Positions 47,201 to 56,346 of a stretch of 56,346 nucleotides of DNA are shown here, in pieces (positions within the stretch are counted from its first letter, which is position 1; each line of letters starts with the position of its first letter). The DNA lies in assembly GCA_001724265.1 (NCBI GenBank), contig MEDY01000177.1:1-56346 (forward strand), given 5' to 3'. Source of the stretch: Rhizaria sp. SCN 62-66 (Eukaryota). The notes under the pieces were generated by a model that saw only the letters and a list, made by a program, of their open reading frames with translations, made no database searches and was not told the DNA's origin. The position numbers and the translations under genes are program-made.

Positions 47201-49028
47201 GTGCGAGCTGTTGTTCTTGTTGTTGCTCTTGTTGCTGCTAATCTTGTTGATGCTGTTGTTGCTGATGCTGTTGATGCGAGCGGTGTTGCGTTTGCTCTTG
47301 CTTCACACACACATCCGTGTTACCGTGCGCATTGTTCGGACCACCATAGCCGTTGTGGCCGTACGCGTTGTAGTTGCCGTACTCGTCGTAACCACTCTCG
47401 CCGTCGCCGTTGCTGTTGTTGCCGTAGTTGCCCCTGCTAAGCGCAGCCGCCATCGCGGTGGGCCCTATCACCGACACGACATCGAGCCCCTCGGCCGCCA
47501 TCGCGCTGACCACGTGTTCCACCCGCGAGTTGAACAGCGCCTCGGCCAGCGACACGCACCGCAGCGAGGAGAAGTGTTCCAGCATCGTCCACGGTGTGCG
47601 CCGCTGCGGAACCAAAGCCGCGCCGCCGGGTCCTGGTGAGCCCACGGCCCCCGGCACAGTGCCGAGGCCGCCGGTGCCGATGCCAGAGCCGACGTGGGTG
47701 TTGACAACAGCGAGCTGGAGCCTCAGCATCGCCGCGGACGGCGCCGCGCGCTGGCCGTCCCACGCGTCCGCTCCCAGTGTCGCCCTCGCGCTCGCACTTC
47801 CACCAACATTGCCAGGAGTCGTACCGGTAGAGTTGGTGTTTTGCGCGCGTGCGGCCATCGCTGCCTCAAGCGAGCCCTCGCGCGGTCCACGCGGGTACCT
47901 GCGCCGGTCATGCGCGTCGAGCGCGGCCTCATACGCGCGAGTCTTTGCGGCCGGCACGGCCTGGCGGTGCGAGTGGTACGAGTGGGACGCGGGCCCAGTG
48001 CGTTTGTGGTAACGCTCGCCCACGCGTACCAGCGCCCAGCACTCGCGGTACACGCAGTCCGCGGCGGCATCACCGCCGTCGCCGGAGTTGTTCAAGTTGA
48101 TCGAGTTATTCGAGTTGTTCAAGTTGTTTGAGTTGTTCACGTCGTTTTTAGTGTAGAACGACGGGGGAGGGACCAGGTCGTCCCAGTGCACCGGCAGCGG
48201 CAGCGGCCCCACGCGCGCCGCGGCGGCAAACACGGCGGCCTCGTCGTCCTCCACCTCGGCGAAGCCGCGCTCCTCGCCCGGGTCGCGGCCGGTGATGGCG
48301 GCGGAGAGAGTGGCGAGCGCGTCGGCGTAGGCGGGGTGTTCGCGGTAGTACTGGCGCACCGCGCGCGGCACCGGCGCGGCCAGCTCGCACACGTCCGCGT
48401 GTAACTGCTGCTGCTATTGCTGTGGCTGTTGCGTGACGCGGAGGGGCGGGAGCAGGGGGTACGCGCGCAGGACAGTCCACGCCGAGCCTGAGATCTTGTT
48501 GACCGTGATCTGCGGCCGCTCAGTCTTGCTCGACAACGAAGCGTTGTGCAGACACAGGATGTCCCCCGCGGCCATGGGGATAAAGTTCTCGGCGTACGGG
48601 AGGAAGAAGATGACCTGGAGGTCGTGCGAGTAGCCCGTGTCGCCGCCGCGGGCCGCGCTAGCGCGCGAGAGCGAGGCGTCGGTGAGGTACAACGTGATCT
48701 TCAAGTCGCTGCCGCTGGTCCGGCTGGGCACCGCGAGCACGGGCGAGGTCACCATGCCAACCATGCTCACCGAGAGGAACTTGTCGGCGTCGCGCGCGCC
48801 GCGGAAGCGCGCGTTGGGGGGCAGGCCGTTCATGCTGTTGCGGTTCTGCTGGTTGGTCTGGAGCTGATGCCGGCTGAAGGCGTCCGCCAGCTCGACCACT
48901 TCTTGCAGGGTCAGGAAGCCGGTCGGCGCGCGGAACCCGTCGTCAAGATTGGGGTGGAACGCGCCGGGATGGCTGTGCGGAGGCGCGTTACCGGGAGGCG
49001 CGAAGCCGCCCGGGAAGCCGTTGAACAT
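38208..49028 (-). CDS. POT1: Giant POT1-like telomeric ssDNA-binding OB-fold protein (about 3606 aa; in-frame TAGs at 48414-48416 and 47238-47240)
   Basis: ORFs 48414..49028, 47238..48392 and 38208..47171 form one frame split by two TAGs in poly-Q. The N-terminal VSMVGMVTSPVLAVPSRTSGSDLKITLYLTDAS..LQVIFF...E.FIP..AGDILCLH..SAWTVL resembles POT1 OB1. Two VWDGS-containing OB2-like units follow, then a C-terminal CGRC..CPRC..WRIALRLSD..LSGRAAEEFFG zinc-ribbon OB fold. TAA stop. Confidence 0.72.
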
Positions 49029-49337
49029 CGCGACGCACTGGGAAGCAGTTCGGCCTTGCCAGCTCTGGCTGTGGTGATAGACTGAGCATTGGAAATATAT
49101 AATTTAAGCAGATAAAACAAAGGTAAAAATTAGCTTGGGTCTTCGTGGGATTATACTTAGTTGACGGATGTTGAGGGGCTGTAGCGATATGATCAATGTG
49201 GTAACGAAGGCGCGCAGACCGAGCTGGGCAGCGACTGTGGGCGGACAAGGGGAGAAACGAAGGAGAAGAAGACGAGTTTTGTTATCATCAAACGCGATCA
49301 ACCATCGTCAGTTTGTTCTGCTGTTGAAGTATCTGAA

Positions 49338-50586
49338 ATGAGCTCGAGCAAATCAACTAGTGGTTCAAATATGGCCTCGCCCAACTCTGTTGGAGACTCC
49401 ACTGACAGTACGTCTATGCCGTCGCCTTCCGTCGACCTCTCTGGCGTTCCCGGCGCGTCCCGCCGCGATAACACCTCGAAGGGCGACACTGAGGTCAGCC
49501 CTATTATCCTGCTGCGTCGTCGCTCCTCTGTCTACGACGTTGCAGATGTTACGCACGACTCCACGCTCACAAAGTGCCTCAAGGTGCGTCTCTTTTCTCT
49601 CTCGTCATCTCAGTTCCCGATCTTGCCTTGGTTCTTCTAACTCACTCTCATGCGCCCCACGCTCACCGCAACTTCCCCGTTTCTTTGCTGTCACACAGCT
49701 GCACGCTGATGTGCGCGCGCTGACCGGCTCCATCTTCACGCTGGCAAACGTCGCGCCGCTGTGGCGCCGCTACAAGAGCGACCTTCTGCTGGACCCCGCC
49801 GTTCCGACCACGGGCATCGCCGTCGGGCTCGTCAACGAGCTCGTCCTCGTCTCCCTCGTCGCTCTCCGCCACATCATCTCCACCGCGATCGGCAACACAC
49901 TTATGGGCCGCGGCGTCCCCGCGTACGCCGCCGCCGTGGCGTCCGAGTTCGTCGCGTCGTGCTTCGACGTCGTATCCGACACGACCATCGCGCAGCTCGT
50001 GATCCAGCGCGCCGACGTCGACGACGACGGCAACATCACCTTCCAGCAGTGCGTTGACGAGCTCAACAAGGCGCTCGCGTTTGTCATGCGCCGCGATGTT
50101 GAGCTTAAGCCCGCGTTTGCGAAGCACGTCGACCCCGCGCTCGCGCAGGCCAACCCTGACACCAAGCTCGAGGACCTCCGTCTCGTCAATATCGGTACGA
50201 CAGTGAAGATATCTCTTCTTAGCGACGATTTATCGAGTTAAATCGTCAAAATTCGCATATAATGGCGTTTTTTGTGGATATATTTTCTGTATTCAAACTT
50301 AAAGGCTCACATATTTTTGTGTTTATTCCTCTGATATGTTCGCTTGCATCCTTCCTCCCTTGCAGACGTTGCGGCCGTGCTGCAGAAGATGTCTATCGAG
50401 AACAAGGTCGAGCACGACCGCCGCGAGTCGACCGCGCGCGCCCAGGAGCTCGAGGAAGAGGATGAGCTGCTCCGCCAGGCTGAGGAGGACCGCCAGGGCT
50501 CCGTCTCCCACTTCGACGAGGGCATTCTCGAGATGCGCCGCCGCTCGCTCGTAGAGGAGCTCATGAAGTCGAACCACCCGGCTTAA
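49338..50586 (+). CDS. Hypothetical protein with an EF-hand-like loop (about 320 aa); exons 49338-49583, 49699-50194 and 50366-50586
   Basis: Two frame-consistent GT-AG introns link ORFs 49338, 49360 and 50344. DVDDDGNITFQQ is an EF-hand-like loop. TAA stop. Alternative ATG at 49371. Confidence 0.72.
49584..49698 (+). other. Spliceosomal intron (115 nt)
   Basis: AAG|GTGCGT ... TTCTAAC (branch-like) ... CACACAG|CTG; phase 0. Confidence 0.85.
50195..50365 (+). other. Spliceosomal intron (171 nt)
   Basis: G|GTACGA ... CCTTCCTCCCTTGCAG|AC; phase 1. Confidence 0.85.
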
Positions 50587-51287
50587 CTTTGGTGCGTCCC
50601 GGCTTTGGCTGTGAGATGCACGATGCAAGCAACGACGCGGCGCTGAACTGTTGTTGTTTGACTGTGTTGTCTTGGTGCGTGTCCGTTGTGGTTGTGGTTG
50701 TGCAAGTGCTAATTGGCGTTTGTCACTCGCTCTCTCTTCTTCTCATTTGTTTTATCATTTTCTCTTTCTTTCATTTCTGTTTAGTATTGTCCTCTTTGTC
50801 CTTTTTTTATGTTATATCTTTGCTCCCGCTTTGCTCTGTTTCCCCCCGCTCTACACTTTCGTACCAGTGTATCGCCATCACTGCTTTCCTTCTTCTTTTT
50901 TACGCTGTTTTCATCGTGCTTCTCTGTTGTTTTTGCCTGCTTACAAAATACGATGCTTCGCACAGTTGCACATGTATCGTGCACGGTTCTCATTGTACAT
51001 TATGCAGCAAGCAAAAACAAGTTTGAAAAAAGCAAGGCTCTGATGCAGCAAGTATCTTCCGTCACGCCGTGTACTGTTCCCGTGTTGTCTTTAGTCAACC
51101 CTGTTACTTGCAAGTTGTCCGTGTTTTTATACCAAAAATCAAATACAAACAACACTCGTTAATAGTACGATTCGCAACAACAGTATGTATTCTCTGTCCC
51201 TGGAACATGGCATTAAATATCACGGTGGGCCCGCTTGCTGCAAACGAACCACTCTACTCAAAACAGACCAGCTCACAGCATCCAAGC

Positions 51288-52244
51288 TCACTTGGTCTCG
51301 CTGAGAACCCTGTCGACGACTGGTCCGAGGCAGTCCTTGACCCCCGGCACCGCTGCGGCGGCCTGCGCGCGCGCCATGGTCACGGCCTGCTCCTTGCCGA
51401 GCCCGAACCGCTGCTCACAGTCGTCGAACATGCGCTGCAGCCGGCGCGCGTCGGGCGGGTGCGTGCGGCGGCGTTCAGCCTCGGACGCCTCGGCCATGCC
51501 AGCAAGCCCAACGCCGCGGAGCCGCGAGGAGACGGTGTCGTGCATGAGCTCCATCTTAAGCAAGTGCTCGATGCCGCCGAGCGCGACGGCGAGTTCGCTG
51601 CCCTGCCCTGCGCCGCGTGCGGAGGCAGCGGCCGCGGCCTCGGCATCGGAGAGCCCCGGGACCGCAGCGGCCGCGGCGGCGCGCTCGGCGGGCAAGAGCA
51701 CCAGCGGAAGAGTGAGCGCGAAGGCGTCTGCGGCGAACTCCTGCTTGTGCAGCATGCGCGACTCGGGGGACAGCCTCCGGTCGTCGTCGCCTGACTTCTT
51801 GCCGAAAGGAAGAAACGAGGCGAGCTTGTCAAGCGCAGACTCGGGCTCTGGGTGCGCAAAAAAGTCGCCGTTCATGAGGTGGCCCAGCTCATGCGCGATC
51901 ACAAACGCCGTGCGGCCCTGGCTCCACGTGCCGAAGCACACGAGCGTGTCCAGCAGCACGGGGTCGCGGTCGAGCGGCAAGAACGTCGTCCGCGCGCGCG
52001 GCTCGATGCTGTCCTTAAGCGCCTTGGCGACGGCGGCGCGCGTGGTGGCCGTGACCATGGGCGGCATGCGCACGTCGACGGCCTCGACCGCGCTGCGTGG
52101 GTTGTACGTTACAGTCACTTGAAACGGGTTGTCGTGGTCCGCGATCACTTTCAGCGTCGAGTGCTGCTTGAACGCGGCCGGGAGGCGGCAGGCGTCGGCC
52201 ACGCGGTCAAACAGCGCGCGTACAGTCGCGGGGCTGCGGGCCAT
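51288..52244 (-). CDS. Peptidase M48-like zinc metalloprotease
   Basis: AFVIAHELGH (HExxH), downstream QEFAADAFA (third ligand motif E..AD) and RTHPP..RRL. ATG 52244, TGA stop. Confidence 0.82.
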   Translation of the reverse strand: MARSPATVRALFDRVADACRLPAAFKQHSTLKVIADHDNPFQVTVTYNPRSAVEAVDVRMPPMVTATTRAAVAKALKDSIEPRARTTFLPLDRDPVLLDTLVCFGTWSQGRTAFVIAHELGHLMNGDFFAHPEPESALDKLASFLPFGKKSGDDDRRLSPESRMLHKQEFAADAFALTLPLVLLPAERAAAAAAVPGLSDAEAAAAASARGAGQGSELAVALGGIEHLLKMELMHDTVSSRLRGVGLAGMAEASEAERRRTHPPDARRLQRMFDDCEQRFGLGKEQAVTMARAQAAAAVPGVKDCLGPVVDRVLSETK

Positions 52245-52774
52245 TTGAGTGGAAGTCCCGGGGAGTGCGCTGGGCTGTGTGCAGAGAGATGTTGGGAAGA
52301 ACAGCGCATGTGGTGAGTTGCGGGTCGCAAAGATGAAGGCGTAACAGTGCAGATAAATCGATATATAGGGAATGTCACAGCGAGTCAAATCGAGAAACTC
52401 AACACACTCATCATATCAAAACATCACTTGTATATACGATAATATTGCATGAGCAAGTCCTGTTTAAAGAAGCATCTTCTGTCGGTGGTTGCTGCCGGTC
52501 AGCGAGAAGGTGGTGTGCAAGCTGTTTGTGGCCCTGCTCAATCCAAGCTATATCTCGCTGCACCATCCGTTACTTGCGGCATCAATCTTGAATCCAACGC
52601 AAAACTTAGCGGCACATATCGTCCTTATTTAGTGGCTTTCCAAAAACGCTTTATCCCCACTATCTCCCTCGAGATCTGAAACAAGTCACTTTCAGCTGAC
52701 AGTCTGTGGTCTGGCCCGACTCACCCTCCCGTTCCCCGCCTCCCTATTCCTGCATCATCCACACAGGAACCCTG

Positions 52775-54981
52775 ATGAGCGCGCCGATCTTTACTCTGCG
52801 TGTTCAGAGTTCCGCCGGCACCAAGCGCATCCTGTTTCCCGACGGGCCTACCCGTGCCACCTACAAGCAGCTCCAAGATGAGGTTCGTCCACTCTACTCT
52901 ATCGCGTGCTATCTCTAACGAATTTTAACAAAACGGAACCAAACTTTGACCAGAGACTGCTAACCTGTATTCTAATGTTATCGATAACTGTTACCTGTTT
53001 CTGTGCTCCTTTACAGGTTGCAGCCCAGTTTTCAGTCCCCGTGGCGAACCAGCTCCTGTCGCTGACGCCGCCGCATGACCCCACCCCTGTCCCGCTGCGG
53101 CCTTCCGAGCCGCTCTCGGCGTGCCCTGTGCTGCGCCACGGCACTATGCTCTATCTTGTTGACCTCAACGAGCCCGCGCCTCAGACCGCGGCGTCGGCCG
53201 CCGCGACGTTCGCCGCCGCCTCTGCCGCGGCCGCCGGCTCCGGCGCGCCGACCGCGCGCTGCCAGCACGGGCCGCGCGGCCGCTGCGTGCACTGCGCGGG
53301 CGTCGCGCCAGGCGTTGAGGTCGTCTACTCGGGCCACTGCACGCACCCGCCCGGCGCCGTCTGCCTCCACTGCTCGACGTACGTCAAGGAGGGCGTGGCG
53401 GCGGACAAGGCGCTCGCGGCGGCTGGCGGCGGCGCGGGCGCTGCGGCGGCCGCAGCCGAGGGCGACGCCGCGGCGGCCGCCGCGCTAGCCGCCTCGCAGC
53501 CCGCGGCGTGGCTCTGCACGCACCCACCGACGGCCTTCTGCCCCAAGTGCCTGCCGCCGCCGCCACCCGCGGCCGACACCAAGCCCAAGTACGACAAGAC
53601 GCCCTTCGCGCGGGTGCTGGCCGAGCGCGCGCGCGTGTGCTCGGGCCGCCACGGGCCCGCCAAGACGTGCGCCCTGTGCGCGCCGCAGCCGCAGCCGTCG
53701 TCGCTGGGCAACCCGCACTGCACGAACGGGCACCGGCCGTGGCCGCAGGGCGTGTGCACGCGGTGCGCACCCGCCAACGTGAACCTGCGCAGTCAGGAGT
53801 ACCGCCACTGCGACGCCGTCTCCCTCCCCGCGGGCCCGCTCCAGGACTTTTACCGCGCGTGGACGCAGGAGCAGCGCCGCGCCACGCAGCGCGCCGCGTT
53901 CCTCTTTGGCAAGCACATTGATGAGCCGGCTGAGAGCCAGAACCCTGGCGCCGTGCGTGCGGTCGTCGCCGCACTCTACGAGCCGCCGCAGGTACGAGAC
54001 GCGAAAATCGACGATATCTCCATTCTATATGCACATACTAAGAAAATTTTGCATACCTTTACTTTGAATAAGTATATCTATTTGCGATCTTAATTTACAT
54101 GAGATATCTCTAAATCCCATTGCTCTGTGCTCTATTATTTTTTTTCGCGTCTCACACAACAATAAAAGGACGCGCTGGTGGACGGCGTGCGCCTGCTGGC
54201 CGACGCGGACGAGGCCACGGTGCTCGGCGTCGCCGCCGCGCTGGGCCTGTCCCCGCTGGGCTGGGTGATCACCACGAACGAGCGCCCCGGCGGCGAGCCC
54301 TACGGCGGTAAGGTCTTCCTCTCCGGCCTCGAGGTCTGCACCGCGGCCGCGCTGCAGCAGCGGTTCGGCACGGGCGTGGCCGAGCTTTCGCGCTTCGTTA
54401 CCGTGGTGCTAGAGCAGGCCGACGACATCGAGCCCCGCGCGTACCAGGTGTCGGACCAGTGTCAGGCGCTCGTCCGCGACGGTTGTCTGCTCCCAGGCCC
54501 CAAAGACCCGCTCTTGGTCGCCACGCGCTCCGTCGCGGCGAACGAGATGGCGCCGACGATCGTGTACCACGACCGGCCGCTGGACAACGGTGCCGAGTTT
54601 GTGCCCGACGCCTTCCTCGTCAAGGTCATTGTCATGACCGCGGGCCCCGAGCAGGCGCTGTTTGTGCACAACGACTTCCCCTCGCTCCCGCGCCTCGGGC
54701 TCTCCGGCGCCGCGACCGCGACGGCGACGGCGGCTGCGGCGGCCGAGAGCGCGGCGCGCGCGCGCGTCAAAGCCACTCTTGTCTCGCGGCAGTCCGAGCC
54801 GTACCACAAGCGTCTGAGCGACTTCGCGCTGCTCGTGGCGCTTGCACGCACCGGTGTGTTCGATGCCGCCTTGATTGCGCGGCTGGGCGCAGAGCTGGTC
54901 ACCAAGCAGCCGCTGTCGCAGAGGCTCAGTGAGGACGTTGACGTTGCGCTGCTCCAACACCAGCTGCTCGACTTTAAGTAA
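52775..54981 (+). CDS. NPL4: Nuclear protein localization protein 4 (NPL4, Cdc48/p97 cofactor; about 631 aa); exons 52775-52882, 53017-53991 and 54169-54981
   Basis: N-terminal LRVQSSAGTKRI..LRHGTMLYL (UBX-like), CQHGPRGRCVHC and GHRPWPQGVCTRCAP zinc fingers, QEYRHCD, QRAAFLFG, ALYEPPQ, LGL..LGW..T, FLSGLE, SRFVTVV, AYQVSDQC.ALV, FLV and LSDF.LL. TAA stop. Confidence 0.92.
52883..53016 (+). other. Spliceosomal intron (134 nt)
   Basis: GAG|GTTCGT ... CCTTTACAG|GTT; phase 0. Confidence 0.85.
53992..54168 (+). other. Spliceosomal intron (177 nt) with AAG acceptor
   Basis: CAG|GTACGA ... CAACAATAAAAG|GAC; phase 0, giving YEPPQ-DALVDGVRLL as expected for NPL4. Confidence 0.75.
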
Positions 54982-56099
54982 GGACAGCCAAGTCAAGAGT
55001 GTATGATGGATAACACAGCGCTTAGGGAGTGGACTGGGATGATGACGATGTGAATGCAAAGTGTAAAGTAAAAATGCAAAATGAGCAACAACAGCAACAA
55101 CAAAAAATGATTATTATGAACTGTTTGATAATCTTGATTATAAATAAAGATGTATTAATTTGTGATAACTGTGCTCCTCTGTGACGTAGACCCGAAACTG
55201 GTCTGTCAACGAGTTTGCGGTCGCGACAGCCGCGTCTACCGTGCCCGTGCGGAGGCTCGCTAACAGCAAGACACCAAGTCTGGCATGATGCGGGCCGTTT
55301 ATGGGGCACCGCCGATTATTGTTAAGGACATCGACGGCCACGCAGTGAGCCTGCATCGCGTTCTGGCGGACTTGTTCATGGACCTTGTGTTACGCAGCCT
55401 TTTGTCAAGAAGCTCGCGACGGCCGTGCCGGAGGCGATGGAAGATTACCACGTCAAAAATTATCGCCGTCAGTGATTACACTGCTGCTGCAATGCAAGAA
55501 TATGAATATGAAGAGGATGGGAGGAAGCATGGATGGCAACAAATCAGTAAGCTTAAGTTTTTAGTCGTAACTAGTAACGAAGCGTACGTGGAGGGTAAGA
55601 ATGAGAAGGAGGACGAAATCTTAACACAATACAATGAAAATGATAAAGTAATGACTATTGTTATTAAAGTGTTTTGTTTTATTATATGGTATTGTGATCA
55701 TTTACGGTGAAAGCTGAATAAGCAACAAGACGAAAGAAAAAGACGACTCCTGCATGCGACAGCACTGTACACTGTGTCAACACTGTGCAAGTAAGGTAAA
55801 TCACCCGCACAGCGCCAGCCCATAAGCTCAAACAAACCCTAAGCGCGAGAGAGCCATAGAGTAAAGATGATATCATATTGAGCCTGTGAAGAGAGACAGG
55901 CACAACAAAGTGCAACCTTCACAGCGACATGAGACAGCAACAGTGTTGATGCCTGTCAGTCACTGTGAGCGAGCAAGAGCTATGTGGGCGCAGCAACGGT
56001 GGTTACCGCAGCTCACATGTGTGCACGTGTAGATAGCAAAGAAAAGACGTCTTGGGAGAGAGAAGTGCAGGAGAGAGTTTCTGTTTCCGGTTTGATTGC

Positions 56100-56346
56100 T
56101 TAGAAGCGGAGCTTCTGGAAGAAGTACTGAACACCAGTGGAGTGCTTGGCGCCACGGGCAATGTACTTGGCGGAGAAGGTACGGCGGACGCGGGCAACAA
56201 TCTTGTCGCGGCCAGCACCGGCGTTCTCGACCTTCTGGGGCACAACGATGTCGTTGAGCTTGATGTCGGTGGCGGAGTAGCGGGTGGGCATGATGTGCGC
56301 GGCGTTGATGTTCTTGACGAAGACCTTGATGGAGGACTTGCGCATG
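56100..56346 (-). CDS. RPL27: 60S ribosomal protein L27 (eL27), 5' part outside the window
   Basis: KSSIKVFVKNIN..HIMPTRY and the conserved C-terminal YFFQKLRF followed directly by TAA. Confidence 0.93.
   Translation of the reverse strand, partial: MRKSSIKVFVKNINAAHIMPTRYSATDIKLNDIVVPQKVENAGAGRDKIVARVRRTFSAKYIARGAKHSTGVQYFFQKLRF

Noticed and set aside
1692-48416. In-frame TAGs as pseudogene lesions or sequencing errors
   Set aside because: All ten interruptions are the same codon, with no internal TGA, TAA or frameshifts, catalytic motifs are intact, and no gene end uses TAG. Random decay or error would not be codon-specific.
19629-54981. Functional cluster of ubiquitin-proteasome genes (F-box, RING, PSMD9, NPL4)
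   Set aside because: The genes are non-adjacent, interspersed with unrelated genes and drawn from large common families, so chance is sufficient.
55834-55842. Telo-box or telomeric motif AAACCCTAA
   Set aside because: It is a single copy downstream of RPL27, not an array and not in its promoter.

Overview
Gene-dense eukaryotic (protist-like) nuclear DNA with GC-rich exons, short AT-rich GT-AG introns (about 97-177 nt) and short AT-rich intergenic spacers. I can support about 18 protein genes: RPS24 (partial), 2-oxoglutarate dehydrogenase E1, a Myb/SANT-like protein, an EXPERA/EBP protein, a large single-pass membrane protein, an F-box protein, a membrane protein, an ankyrin/SAM/CaaX protein, a RING-H2 ligase, a secreted protein, glyoxalase II, a Nas2_N-only PSMD9-like protein, a class-V PLP lyase, a giant POT1-like protein, an EF-hand protein, an M48 peptidase, NPL4 and RPL27 (partial). 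The main discovery is that the organism appears to use a non-standard nuclear genetic code in which TAG is a sense codon, most likely Gln, while TAA and TGA remain stops. Ten in-frame TAGs interrupt six otherwise intact genes: one separates conserved OGDH motifs, one lies inside an ankyrin repeat, and three lie inside CAA/CAG poly-Gln runs. All 17 gene ends I can see use TAA (12) or TGA (5). Many proteins are also greatly inflated by low-complexity insertions. I recognised no tRNA, rRNA, CRISPR array or mobile element. All domain calls come from motif recognition by eye, not from database searches.
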